Positions 1 to 11,899 of a stretch of 50,684 nucleotides of DNA are shown one piece after another; position 1 is the stretch's first letter; each line of letters opens with the position of its first letter. The position numbers and the translations under genes are program-made. Source of the stretch: Octopus bimaculoides (taxonomy: Eukaryota); the NCBI RefSeq assembly GCF_001194135.2, contig NC_068981.1, positions 101,579,601-101,630,284 on the forward strand. The letters run 5' to 3'. The notes beneath the pieces were generated by a model, which saw only the letters and a list, made by a program, of their open reading frames with translations, was not told where the DNA came from and did no database searches.

Positions 1-54
1 CCAACCCATGCTAGCATGGAAAGCAGACGCTAAACGATGATGATGATGATGATG

Positions 55-55
<1 letters not shown>
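1..55 (+). mobile_element. 3' terminus of RTE LINE 3'UTR / RTE-related short repeat, with (GAT)n tail
   Basis: CCAACCCATGCTAGCATGGAAAGCAGACGCTAAACG(ATG)n recurs at 2620-2672, 15920-15965 and, reverse-complemented, at 7872-7930 and 16136-16190. Confidence 0.8.
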
Positions 56-86
<31 letters not shown>

Positions 87-874
87 AAGTAGTGAGATCC
101 AAATGGGCATGGTAAAAACAGTTGGTTAATAAAATCTTGCCATAATGCGGATTAATTTTACTATCGATTTTCATATTAAGTGAGATTGTGTTCCTATGGA
201 CGTTAAAAAAAAACACACAAAAAGCAAAAAAACAAAACAAGAAAAAACCTACAAGAAAACAACACAAAACAAGCAACACAATCATCTTTATACATGAAAA
301 TAAACAATTTCTAAACATACATGGTATAATATAGATACACAAAAACATTTCCAGAGGAATACATTTGGGAATTAATAAGAATTGTAATATCATAAGAGTA
401 TGTTCCTACTACAAAAGATGTTGACTACTGTGGTGGATTGAGCATTACTAGGAGGATGAGGGACAATATTTACTATTGCAGCAAGATTCAAAACCAAGTC
501 GTTGAATTATGAAATTGAAGTCATGATATAGCATAACCTTGTTCACATGAGAGGTTTAGTTATTAACCAATCAGCAGCCAGAAATCACACGAAAGATCAA
601 TCTAGATCCTTCTGGACCATCTCAGTACAAGGGTTGCATAAAGGCTTATTTTCAGTGCCAACTTTTAGAGTGCATGGTAACCTGTGGACTTGCTACATAC
701 ACTCTCTTGCCATTTATAAGTAATTTTCATGACTGTCTGCTCAACTTGGATATGCCGGTTTAGTTGGTAAATGAATCTACTGTGTATACTTCCTTCTGTC
801 TTGACAAACCTCAGTACAGAGCTTTTGTAACAAACTATTTATGAACACTACTGAATTTCTTCAATTGAAACTCG

Positions 875-1082
875 GCTTGCGAAGACCTGTTGGGGCAAGC
901 GAAAGCGAAATCGTGATGGCACCTGTGCCTGCCCAGTGTCGCCTTCCTGGCACTTATGCCGGTGGCACATGTAAAGACATTTGAGCGAGATCATTGCCAG
1001 TGCCACTGAACTGGCTCCTGTGCAGGTGCCACGTAAAATACACCATTTCGAGCGTGGCCGTTGCCAGTACCGTCTGACTGGA
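875..1082 (+). mobile_element. RTE 3'UTR-family fragment (5' part of the UTR)
   Basis: Aligns by eye with the reverse complement of 16320-16482 (GCCAGTGCC..CTGGCTCCTGTGCAGGTGGCA..GTAAAATACACCATT). Confidence 0.7.
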
Positions 1083-1199
1083 GTTTTAAACTGTTAATTT
1101 AAAACTATGCAATACGAGTTTCTGTAAGTATGAAATTACAGGTCATACACTAAAATTAATGGTCATACGTTACAATTTCTGTAAGCATGAAATCCCATA

Positions 1200-2060
1200 A
1201 CTTGAGTTAACTGTAATGTGGAGGATGCCAGCATATATATGCAACAAGAACTCTATAATCTAGAAATTCCTAAACAAATATTACTCTTACCAGAATTAGA
1301 ATTACTGCAAAGGACAACCATGCAGTGTCAATACATAATATATACAAAAAATAAAAAAATTAAAATGCATCATGAACCAAGAAACCTTAAACAAGTTTAA
1401 CTCTACAGGAACAAGAATTTCAATGAAAGATAATTTAGAAGCATGCGAAGGCAAGATGCAAAAAGTTCACAGTCAACAGGTACATTAATAATATACATCC
1501 ACCATCAGCTGCCTCACAAATTTATTATGGTTTTGACACTTAGGCAGTACCGTTCAATCTAGCAGTGTCCACAGTGTTAAATATATAAACACTGCCTGGG
1601 AATTAATGGACGAGAAGCAGGGGCCAAACATTAGCAGAATATGTCCATGATGTCTACATTTGTTACAAAGCAAAAACATAAATGCTAAATCTCGAATATA
1701 AATCATCACATTCATATAGCTACAAAGCACAGAAATTAAAAAAATAAATGTAGGAGACATAAATATCACTAAAATAGACTTTGAGACTCCAAGAATTATA
1801 AAACTTAATCATAGAACATTGAAACAAACTACCAGACTTATTCAACACACATTTCTAAACATAGATGAAAACATATGTTGCCAATATATAAAATGGAAAA
1901 GCTACAGCAATCACTAAGTTGTTCAATAAAACCTAGTCAAATGAAGATAAATCTGCTAATAAAGTGCTACAGTTATCACCAATCTGTCAACTCTTAATTT
2001 GTTTAATCTGATGAGATGGCTGTGTTCTACAGCCCATGAAACCTTAAGTGACTCAAACTA
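1200..2060 (+). mobile_element. Highly decayed Penelope-like element 3' region (linker plus GIY-YIG remnant) ending in a hammerhead-like motif
   Basis: Broken-frame peptides HEPRNLKQV (cf. PLE RQPxNLKxIL), CPxCLHLL, INAKSR, NVGD (cf. YVGET) and LPIYKM (cf. FPFYK) occur in PLE order; CTGATGA..GAAAC core at 2008-2042. Confidence 0.5.
2001..2058 (+). ncRNA. Degenerate type I minimal hammerhead ribozyme (probably inactive)
   Basis: CTGATGA (2008-2014), stem II GGCTGT-GTTCT-ACAGCC, GAAA (2038-2041), near-palindromic ACCTTAAGT stem III, stem I GTTT(AAT)/ACTCAAAC; the cleavage triplet reads GTG instead of GUH. Confidence 0.55.
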
Positions 2061-2069
2061 TCATTAAAA

Positions 2070-2340
2070 TTATAATATAAATACACACATACACACACAC
2101 ACACACACATACGTACATATATACATACCTATATACATATACATACACACACACACACACACACACGCACGCACACACATATATACATACATACATACAC
2201 ACACACTCATATATACACACACACACATATATACATACATATATATATATGTATGTATATATACATACATATATATATATACATACATATATATATATAC
2301 ATACATATATATATATTATATATATATACACATACATATG
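2070..2340. repeat. Compound (CA)n/(TA)n/(TACA)n microsatellite
   Basis: Direct inspection; explains ORFs 2053-2412, 2070-2306 and 2207-2398. Confidence 0.95.
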
Positions 2341-2344
2341 TAAA

Positions 2345-2669
2345 TACAGCCTGACTGGCTTCCATGCTGGTAGCACACAATAAGCTGGTTGCATGCAATA
2401 AGCATCATTCATGCATGGGTCATTGCCAGTGCCATTTGACTGGCTCCCCGTTCCAGCAGCACATAAAAAGCACCATCCGAATGTGATCGATGCATGTAAA
2501 AAGCACCCACTACATTCTTGGAGTGGTTGGTGTTAGGAAGGGCATCCAGCTGTAGAAACCTTGCCAGATCAGATTGGAGCCTGGTACAGCCTCCTGGCTT
2601 GCCAGTCCCCAGTCAAACCATCCAACCCATGCTAACGTGGAAAACAGATGTTAAACGATGATGATGATG

Positions 2670-2672
<3 letters not shown>
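2345..2672 (+). mobile_element. RTE 3'UTR-family copy with (GAT)n tail
   Basis: AAAAGCACCCACTAC..GGAGTGGTTGGTGTTAGGAAGGGCATCCAGCTGTAGAAAC..CCAACCCATGC..TAAACGATGATG matches the other copies. Confidence 0.8.
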
Positions 2673-2713
<41 letters not shown>

Positions 2714-3157
2714 GGATGTGTGTATTTTCCCCTTGTTTACAATGAACACGGAAAAAATAAATGAACAGTTACCAGGGCACCAAAAAATCACACAAGTAAC
2801 AAGGACATAACACCCTGTTTGTAAAGGTAGAAATTCCAGGTTGATGTGAAATATTTTGTATAATATATATAAATAAATAAATAGACTTAAATGCAGGTGT
2901 TATTCAAATTGTTTTACTTCTGACATGTTTCAAAGACAACATTAATATTATTCNNNNNNNNNNNNNNNNNNNNNNNNNNNNNNNNNNNNNNNNNNNNNNN
3001 NNNNNNNNNNNNNNNNNNNNNNNNNNNNNNNNNNNNNNNNNNNNNNNNNNNNNNNNNNNNNNNNNNNNNNNNNNNNNNNNNNNNNNNNNNNNNNNNNNNN
3101 NNNNNNNNNNNNNNNNNNNNNNNNNNNNNNNNNNNNNNNNNNNNNNNNNNNNNNNNN

Positions 3158-3810
3158 CAAATTAAATCTAATCTTCCTTTCCAGTTCCGTGAAGCTATTA
3201 TTAAGAATTTTCCAAAGAATTCTAGGTATTACTCGATCATTAACTTGCACATGGTTAGGATTAGCTTTTCTAACACAAAAAATCTATCACAAATTATCTC
3301 TTCACATAATATTTGTCTGTTAAATAAGAATCCAATTACTGAAAATAATAACATTAATTTAGCTAATACTAAACATACCCCTAGAAATATTAACAACAAA
3401 GTTATTCCAACAGAATTAAGTTTATGTCTAGTAATTCTAAGACTAAAAACTCTATATACCAGTGTAAAATTACTTCCAGCGCTGATGTCTTTTTTTTACA
3501 TAAGTAGTTCTTCTTCTCAGTTATCTAAAAGAATTTCTAATCATTACTCTACATTTAGGGATAGTAATAAACGCAACAGTACAAGGCTTAGTAAATTAAT
3601 TTGGTATCTTAAAGATCATAATAAACAATTTAATTTAGATTGGTTGATTCTCCCCATTTCATTCCCATATGATAAAGGCAAGAATTCTGCCAACTCTGTA
3701 ATAGTGAACTACTTTTTTCTAAGAGTCCTCTTGTAAACACGTTTATAGAGTGTGCTTATCAATGTAAACATTGGCAGAAACATACCTTTAGTTCATATAA
3801 GTGATATCTA
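3158..3810 (+). mobile_element. Penelope-like element fragment, GIY-YIG endonuclease region (frameshifted)
   Basis: ORF 3245-3736 contains VRISFSNTKNLSQIISSHN, YISSSSSQLSKRISNHYSTFRD, NSTRLSKLIWYLKDHN and PYDKGK, typical of the PLE C-terminus; 5' side truncated by an N-gap. Confidence 0.8.
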
Positions 3811-4039
3811 ACATTCTATATAATTTGAACATTGATTTTCTTCTTACATTTCACTTCCACTAGATATATCTATTTCCAAGCCTTTAAGCTTTTATTTTAA
3901 TTCACATATCGCTCTATATTTCTCCTTTATTAGTTTTCTGCTTATTTCTTTCCTTTACTCCTCTTTCTATAGGCTACCTTTGATGTTACATCTTCTAACA
4001 GTTAAAAAAAAAAAAATTAATAGTGTTCCGTTCATCATT

Positions 4040-4120
4040 ATACACATCCATCACATTCTGTTCAAACTCACAACCTTATGATCGTGAGCCGAATGCCCTA
4101 ACCACTAAGCCACGTGCCTT
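4040..4120 (-). mobile_element. tRNA-derived SINE head (family C)
   Basis: The reverse complement reads GGCACGTGGCTTAGTGGTTAGGGCATTCGGCTCACGATCATAAGGTTGTGAGTTTGAAC (A box and B box), like 37079 and 46405. Confidence 0.6.
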
Positions 4121-4166
4121 CATACATACATACATACATACATACATACATACACACACACACACC

Positions 4167-4229
<63 letters not shown>

Positions 4230-4576
4230 ACATTAAATGTTGTATATGGACCTTAAATGATGATGTTTAGATTGTGGGTTTGATTGTCTGACTGGGTGGT
4301 GCGTTGTGTTCTTGAGCAAACACTTCATTTCACACTGTTCTGTGATCAGTTTGACATCTGATGTGTGATACATTTGTACACCTGTACAGGCAATGTCAAA
4401 TTGATGGAGGGAGTGAGCTAATGTACAGCAGATTTATTTGGTCATTAGAAACAAATCATTTTGTGCAAGTCGCTCAGCAAAAACTGAACAATCATATATC
4501 TTCAACAGAAGATTCCACAATTCACACACACACACACACACATTTGAACACACTTATACACACACACACATATGTA

Positions 4577-5832
4577 CAGAGTGCATAAGGTATTTGAGAA
4601 CATATCTTTTTTGGGTCATTGCTGCACTTTTTGCTAACTCTGTATAATCTTTGTTTCAGAAAATAATAATGACAGACCTTCAGCTTACTCAAGAAATGAA
4701 GAAGCATGCTGTTATTGTGGTTATAAAGGCTGAGCATAGTGATCTAGAAATATCTCGATTTTTAAAAGTTGCTAGATCTTCTATCTACAAAGCTTGTAAG
4801 GAGCTAGAGACTGAAGATAGAAATATATCACCAGTATCAAAGCATGAAAACCATTCTAAATGCTCTGAAATCATCAGAACACCTGAATTTATCCAGCAAG
4901 TTCAACAGACCATTGATTACAATCTCCATAAGGTCAATTGCAAAAGAACTCCATGTGTCAGAAGGAACAGTCAGAAATGTTGCCCATGAAGAGATCAGAT
5001 ATAAGTCTTATATGATGAGGAAAGATCAATTTGTCAGAAACAGCAAAAGAAAATCACTACATCGGATCTAAAAGGCTCTTAAACAAACTGAGAAATCCAG
5101 CAGAAGAATATTTGATTTGGTTTTTCTCAATTGAGAAAAACTTCGACTAAAATCAAAAAGTTAAGAGAAGCAATGACAGATGGTTATGTGCAGACGCTTC
5201 TGAAGTTCCAAGGGTTATGCATATAAAATTTCCTGTAACTGTCATGGTTTTAGGGGTTGTCAGCAATGAAGGACATGTGATGCCTCTTTACTTCTTTCCA
5301 CAAGGCCTTAGAGTTAACTCTACCGCCTACATTGAGGTCCTGGAAATAATTGTTAAGTCCTGGATAGACAGTGTATGCAATGGAAGGCCATATGTGCTTC
5401 AGTACGATTCCTCTGCACTATCACACATGACTCTAATAATACGGGAATGGATCACTGAAAATTTTCATGATCACACAACCCCTAACATCTGGCCTCCTAA
5501 GTCGTCAGATCTCAATCCATTGGACTATTACATGTGGAGCATTGTTGAGAGAGAGACCAATGAATATGCCTATAACACCAAAGACTCTTTGAAAGCTGCC
5601 ATAGCCAGAGTAATGTTCAAAATAAACCAGGACCACTTGATTTGAGCATGTAGATGATTTAGATCTCATATAGAAGCAGTTGTTGAAGCTGAAGGTGGCT
5701 TTATTGAATAACATTATAGAAAAGGTGGTTTATTTTTATCCTCATAGCATTTTTTTGATAAATAAAATTATCTGTTATTATATATGTTTTTTTATAAACA
5801 TAAATCTGTGCTCAAATATCTTACACACCCTG
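4577..5832 (+). mobile_element. Full-length (1256 bp) Tc1/mariner element, maT (DD37D)-like, defective
   Basis: Imperfect TIRs CAGAGTGCATAAGGTATTTGAG (4577) and CTCAAATATCTTACACACCCTG (ends 5832), flanked by TA at 4575-4576 and 5833-5834; transposase in three frames. Confidence 0.9.
4675..5710 (+). pseudogene. maT/mariner transposase pseudogene
   Basis: HTH region (ISRFLKVARSSIYK; SIRSIAKELHVSEGTVRNV), then KFPVTVMVLGVVSNEG, QYDSSALSH and WPPKSSDLNPLDYY; frameshifts and stops between ORFs 4651-4989, 4844-5071 and 5217-5645. Confidence 0.88.
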
Positions 5833-6115
5833 TATATATATATATATATATGACACACATACACACACACTTATACACACACACACACACATACTTATGT
5901 ACACACACATACTTATGCACACACACTTACTTATGCACACACACTTACTTATGCACACACACTTATACACACACATCTACTTATACACACACATCTACTT
6001 ATACACACAAACATACTTATACACACACATATATCTATCTATCCATCTATACATACATACACACACACACACATATATATATATATACACACACATATAT
6101 ACACATATATAGACA
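5833..6115. repeat. (TA)n/(CA)n microsatellite with degenerate ACACACAC(T/A)TACTTAT(G/A)C minisatellite units
   Basis: Direct inspection; units of about 16-18 bp at 5880-6030. Confidence 0.9.
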
Positions 6116-7871
6116 TACGTGAGCATGTACACAGTTGTATCTATTCCTATATGTATGCATACTCTTGCAAGCAGTGGTGGTACAATGGAATTAACAAGGG
6201 ATTCATTAGCTTGCAGTGTTGAGAAACCTTGCTCTTCATTTAGTAAAGGAAGGAAATCAGAATATGAGGCACCATCACCCNNNNNNNNNNNNNNNNNNNN
6301 NNNNNNNNNNNNNNNNNNNNNNNNNNNNNNNNNNNNNNNNNNNNNNNNNNNNNNNNNNNNNNNNNNNNNNNNNNNNNNNNNNNNNNNNNNNNNNNNNNNN
6401 NNNNNNNNNNNNNNNNNNNNNNNNNNNNNNNNNNNNNNNNNNNNNNNNNNNNNNNNNNNNNNNNNNNNNNNNNNNNNNNNNNNNNNNNNNNNNNNNNNNN
6501 NNNNNNNNNNNNNNNNNNNNNNNNNNNNNNNNNNNNNNNNNNNNNNNNNNNNNNNNNNNNNNNNNNNNNNNNNNNNNNNNNNNNNNNNNNNNNNNNNNNN
6601 NNNNNNNNNNNNNNNNNNNNNNNNNNNNNNNNNNNNNNNNNNNNNNNNNNNNNNNNNNNNNNNNNNNNNNNNNNNNNNNNNNNNNNNNNNNNNNNNNNNN
6701 NNNNNNNNNNNNNNNNNNNNNNNNNNNNNNNNNNNNNNNNNNNNNNNNNNNNNNNNNNNNNNNNNNNNNNNNNNNNNNNNNTATATATATATATATGGAA
6801 AGAGATAAAGGGAGAAAGGAAGGCAGAAGGTCCCATGATGTTTCTAAATCCAACAAAGAATGTTGCATAGAATTTTGTTAAAATAATAATTCTTAGTTCT
6901 AACCATTCCTGGGAGCTAAATCATGAACATAAAACTCGCGTTATTTTAATCAAAATAGTTCAGCTGTCAATACCATTCCATTCTGATTCAATCTACTTTT
7001 CTATCTTTACATTTTAACTATATTTATATTTTCTATCTTATTTTATTTCATTTTATTTTATATTGTGTTATATTATGTTATATTAATTTATTTTTGGTTA
7101 ATGGCTCAAACTATTGAGAAATAACAGAATTCTGAAGAATCCATAAAAGAATTTTGATTATTGATTTAGAAGATTAAAAAAAATACATTGTAGTGTGTGT
7201 ATGTATGTGTGAGAGAGAGAAAGGGAAAGAGAAAACAATATCAAAGCTTCCCTTTATGAGTTATCAAAGACAGCCTCTTAATACAGTGGAATTTGTGGCA
7301 AGCAAATGGCATTTTGTGGCAAAATGTCTTAGAACAATTCCAAATACATTGCATTTTCATTTATTTCTTGTTCTCTTTCTTTCTCTCACATTTTCCTTCC
7401 TTACTTCATTTTGTTCTTGTCTAATATTGGTTGCACATAAATTTCGTATTTTGTTTTGCTCATATTGCTTTTACCATTTATCAAATACTTGCTCTATTGA
7501 ATTTCTTCATTTATTCTTCTCAAAAATGGTATCAAGTGATTTTTTTTTCATACATTTACCACTTAATCACTGAAACTTTACCCCCACTGTATTTCTGTTT
7601 CCCTGATGTACAACGACACCGACCTATCATATCTCTACTCCACTGTACCTATACACCACTCTAACTCTACTTACCTGTATTTCTACACCACTACTGCATC
7701 TCTGCTCCTTCAGTACACTGTTCCACTGTATCTCTATTTCTCTGGTATGCTACAACAACGTATTATCATATTTCTATACCACTGTATATCCACATTGTTG
7801 TTTTTACTCTCCTACATTTCCACTCTACTGATATGTGGTTCTGCTCCACCGTACACCAATTCAGTTTTGTT

Positions 7872-8545
7872 TTCATCATTATCATTTAATGTCCGTTTTC
7901 CATACTGGCACAGGTTGGACAATTTGACAGGAGCTGGCCAGCCAGGGAGCTATCCAAACTCTAATTGTCTGTTGTGGCATGGTGTCTATGGCTGGATGCC
8001 CTTCTTAATGTCAACCACTTTACAGTGTGGACTGGGTGCTTTTTATGTGCCACTAGCAAGAATGTGCTTACGCTGCACTGGAATGAGTGCATTTTATGTT
8101 GCACTGGCACTTGTAAAGACAAGCCTGTATGTATGGAGGACAGCGATTTTACTTGGCTTGATGCATCTTCTCAAGTACAGCAAATCACCACATCTTATGG
8201 TCCATTGTCATTACCTCATTGAGGCCCAGCTTCTGAAAATCCTTTTTCACCATTTCTTCCTCTGTCTAGCCTCCATTTTTACAAGACATCACCAATTGCC
8301 TTAATATTTTGCTATCTGTCCTTTGAGGTTCAAGCATCCAGATAATGGAACTCATTACTTATTCACACATTTTCCTTGTATTGTGTTCCTGTTCTACAAG
8401 TACCATTGACTGAATGCAAATGTCATTCTTCATCCCCCATCTTATATTGTTCCATTTACATCAAATGTCCATACCAGCATAGTCTTCTGCTTCAACACAC
8501 ATCAGCTGATGCTTTCAATCCTTAGCAACTCTCTCAGCTCATTTG
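7872..8545 (-). mobile_element. 5'-truncated RTE LINE: end of ORF2 contiguous with the 3'UTR
   Basis: Minus-strand peptides ELRELLRIES, RRLCWYGHLM and EEMVKKDFQKLGLNEVMTMDHKMW*FAVLEKMHQA run directly into the repeat family seen at 1-55, 2345-2672 and 16136-16482. Confidence 0.75.
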
Positions 8546-8666
8546 TATTCTATTTGTTTTTCTACAGGTTAAATATTATGCAGTCAATGAATAAAGTTGA
8601 TATATGTTAAAAAACAAACAAGGAAACAAAACAAAAAATATGCTAAAAAATAACTACATTGTGTGA

Positions 8667-8699
<33 letters not shown>

Positions 8700-9319
8700 C
8701 ATGCATGCATGTGAAGTATGTGTATGCATGTGAAGTATGTGTATGCATGTATATGTGTGTTTTATTTAGAGGAATCTGCTGTTGTTAAGATAATATGATG
8801 TATTCATTCTGTCAAAGAAAATATATTTAGACTTCATATAAAGAATTCAAAGGTTAAAAACCAATAATATATGATATCATGGTATATTGATATATGGCAT
8901 TATCTTAAATCCCTTTACCATTTCACTAAAGCAAAAGACTTCTATTGTTAATATTTATAAAATGGTTTTATTTATAGGTACAGACGTGGAAATGTGGATA
9001 TGAAGTTCCCTTTCCAATCATGTCAAATGTCTTTGGTTGACCAATGTCATTGTTAACGTTTATGAAACTATTTTATTTATAGATGCAAGCATAGAAGTGT
9101 GGTTATGATATCTCCTCCTCAATCACGTCAAGTGATTTTTACTTTAGTCTTTGGTTGACCAATGTCTTGTGAGTGAAATTTGATAGGTAAAAACTCTTTA
9201 TAAAACCTGTTGTATGTATGTATGTATGTGTGTATATGTATGTGTGTATGTATGTGTGTGTGTGTGTAGGTAGATATGTATGTATGTATATAGGTATGTA
9301 TGTATATGGATACATACAT

Positions 9320-9505
9320 AAGGTGGCAAGTTGGCTGAATTATTTGCACACTGGTTGAAATGCTTAACAGCATTTTGTCTGAGTTCAAATTCTGCAGAGG
9401 TAGACTTTGCCTTTCATCCTTTTGGGGTTGATAAAATAAGTACCACTTGAACACTGAGGTCGATGTAATCGACTTCTCCGCCTTGTGCTAAAATTTGAAA
9501 TCAAT
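9320..9505 (+). mobile_element. tRNA-derived SINE family B (B1 tail)
   Basis: GAGTTCAAATTCTGCAGAGGTAGACTTTGCCTTTCATCCTTTTGGGGTTGATAAAATAAGTACCA..GGTCGATGTAATCGAC..TTGTGCTAAAATTTGAAA. Confidence 0.75.
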
Positions 9506-9574
9506 ATTTAATAATCCAGACATGTTCTATATTCACAAAACTAAGTATTGTAGAGTCGAATCAAACTATTATTA

Positions 9575-9583
<9 letters not shown>

Positions 9584-9670
<87 letters not shown>
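9584..9670. repeat. (TG)n microsatellite
   Basis: More than 40 uninterrupted TG units. Confidence 0.97.
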
Positions 9671-9672
<2 letters not shown>

Positions 9673-9699
9673 TGTTTACACATGACACTGAGTAAGAGT

Positions 9700-10075
9700 G
9701 ACATTTCTTTACATCCTCAGTAAATGATATGCAACCACATGGTTTTAGGTTCAATCCCACTGTACAGTGCCTAGGAAAAGTGTCTTCTACTATAGCTTTG
9801 GCTGAACAATGCCTTGGGAGTGAATTTGGTAGAAAGAAACTGTGTGGAAGCCCATAATATATGTGTGTGTATATATGTTCCCTGCCCCTTCCCACTTGGC
9901 AACTGGTGCTGGTTTGTTTATGAACTTGTAACTAAGTGGATTGGGAAAAGAGACTGATAGAATAAGTGTCAAACTTAGGAAAAAAGTACTGGGGTTGATT
10001 TGTTTGACTAAACCTTTTGAAGAGGTGCCCCAGCATAGCCACAGTCCAATGACTGAAACAGTTAAAAGATAAAAC
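9700..10075 (+). mobile_element. tRNA-derived SINE family A (CpG-decayed copy)
   Basis: Colinear with the reverse complement of 40327-40830, including the internal TG/TA tract and the GAAACAGTTAAAAGA tail; most CpGs appear as TG/CA. Confidence 0.8.
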
Positions 10076-11339
10076 ATAGCTCAGTAGCTTCAATGTGAGA
10101 ACGCAAGTTGAATAAAGAAGTACCTTTCTTGAACAAATAAATGGTGACAAGGAGGGCATCTGACCATAAAATAATGTATCAGTGAGTAATGCTGCATAGA
10201 ATAGTGCAACCCATACTAACAAACCACCACCATCACCACCACCAAAGAGAGAGAGAGAGATTTAGTAATCTAAAGTCTGAAAGAGATGAGCTTCTGTCAG
10301 AGGCCTGTGAAACTTTAGGCTGCATGGAGCTGAATCAAACTGTTTTAAATAATTATGTGTGAGGTGTATATATACATTATCTGTCTGTCTGTCTGTCTGT
10401 CTATATATATATGTATNNNNNNNNNNNNNNNNNNNNNNNNNNNNNNNNNNNNNNNNNNNNNNNNNNNNNNNNNNNNNNNNNNNNNNNNNNNNNNNNNNNN
10501 NNNNNNNNNNNNNNNNNNNNNNNNNNNNNNNNNNNNNNNNNNNNNNNNNNNNNNNNNNNNNNNNNNNNNNNNNNNNNNNNNNNNNNNNNNNNNNNNNNNN
10601 NNNNNNNNNNNNNNNNNNNNNNNNNNNNNNNNNNNNNNNNNNNNNNNNNNNNNNNNNNNNNNNNNNNNNNNNNNNNNNNNNNNNNNNNNNNNNNNNNNNN
10701 NNNNNNNNNNNNNNNNNNNNNNNNNNNNNNNNNNNNNNNNNNNNNNNNNNNNNNNNNNNNNNNNNNNNNNNNNNNNNNNNNNNNNNNNNNNNNNNNNNNN
10801 NNNNNNNNNNNNNNNNNNNNNNNNNNNNNNNNNNNNNNNNNNNNNNNNNNNNNNNNNNNNNNNNNNNNNNNNNNNNNNNNNNNNNNNNNNNNNNNNNNNN
10901 NNNNNNNNNNNNNNNNNNNNNNNNNNNNNNNNNNNNNNNNNNNNNNNNNNNNNNNNNNNNNNNNNNNNNNNNNNNNNNNNNNNNNNNNNNNNNNNNNNNN
11001 NNNNNNNNNNNNNNNNNNNNNNNNNNNNNNNNNNNNNNNNNNNNNNNNNNNNNNNNNNNNGAGGGATGGAGAGAGAGAGAGAGAGAGAGAGTATATTTGT
11101 GAGATAAATATTCACTTGAACTAGCTGATTGGTTTTGTTACTGCAATGATGTAATCAACAGTAGAGGTAGATTTAATGAAAGCATGGTAATCATAGAAAA
11201 AAGAGGATGAAGAAAGTTTAGGGACCTGTTTCCTCTGCTGGTAACAAAGAGTTTCTCTCTTAGAGTGAAGCTGCTTACTGCTGCATGTGCTTACTTGATA
11301 TGGCTGGGGTCATTCCAGGTTAGTGGTCCAAGAGATGTT

Positions 11340-11515
11340 GTCATGATTAAAGTTGACCAGGACCTCCAGTGCTCTCCATTGCTGACAGTTCTGTGTCAGC
11401 CCCTCTGCATCCTCCAAGGTCAGATCAAGCCTCTGGGAATCTTCAGTAATTGTGTCCAGCCATCTGGTGTGGGGCCTGCCATGAGACCTCTTCCAGCCTG
11501 CAGCTACTGAGCTGA
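11340..11515 (-). mobile_element. RTE LINE ORF2 C-terminal fragment
   Basis: Minus strand AGWKRSHGRPHTRWLDTITEDSQRLDLTLEDAEGLTQNCQQWRAL resembles the RTE terminal GRP..W motif. Confidence 0.7.
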
Positions 11516-11539
11516 ATGAGAGTAAAGGCCTGGTAGGAC

Positions 11540-11800
11540 GATCCTCCTGGGTCTGTCCATGTCGTAGTGAGGGGGTTTGTATGTTCCATAGACCCGAGGG
11601 AGCATTACTGTCTGGAGCTTTGCTCCTGGCAGGGCCACCCTTGGCGGGCCTATCTCCTGGGGAGGTTCCAGACTAATGGTAACCCATGGTGCATTGGCTC
11701 ATCACCCAGACAGCAACCCCATCATCTGACTATTCTGTGGAGGACCAACAACCTGCTCAGGAGAACCCTCAACCTGTTATGACACTGACCAGGAGAAACC
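11540..11800 (+). mobile_element. Probable RTE LINE 5'UTR fragment
   Basis: GC-rich GTCGTAGTGAGGGGGTTTGTATGTTCC..CTGGAGCTTTGCTCCTGGCAGGGCCACCC resembles, from memory, Expander/RTE-1 5'UTRs; not verified by search. Confidence 0.4.
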
Positions 11801-11899
11801 AAACTGTCCAACATCAGAACAGACCCCTGCATGCCCTCGGCTAATGAGAAATCAACTTCAGCTTAGAGTGAAGAGTGGGTAGAATAATGCTTGTGTATG

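Noticed and set aside
330-660. Possible Helitron-like motifs (FPEEYIW on +; DGPEGS on -)
   Set aside because: Too short, on opposite strands, and not supported by neighbouring motifs.
2053-2412. ORFs rich in YI/VC/HT dipeptides (also 5784-6122, 9128-9895, 23208-23933, 40271-40741)
   Set aside because: Translations of CA/TA/TG microsatellites and SINEs; no domain signal.
6119-6881. Long ORFs spanning N-gaps (also 2948, 10345, 26301, 35450, 37375, 47134, 48331)
   Set aside because: They stay open only because N codons are never stops.
7600-7860. ORF 7606-8304 and CCACTGTA-rich stretch
   Set aside because: Degenerate low-complexity repeat running into the antisense strand of an RTE 3'UTR.
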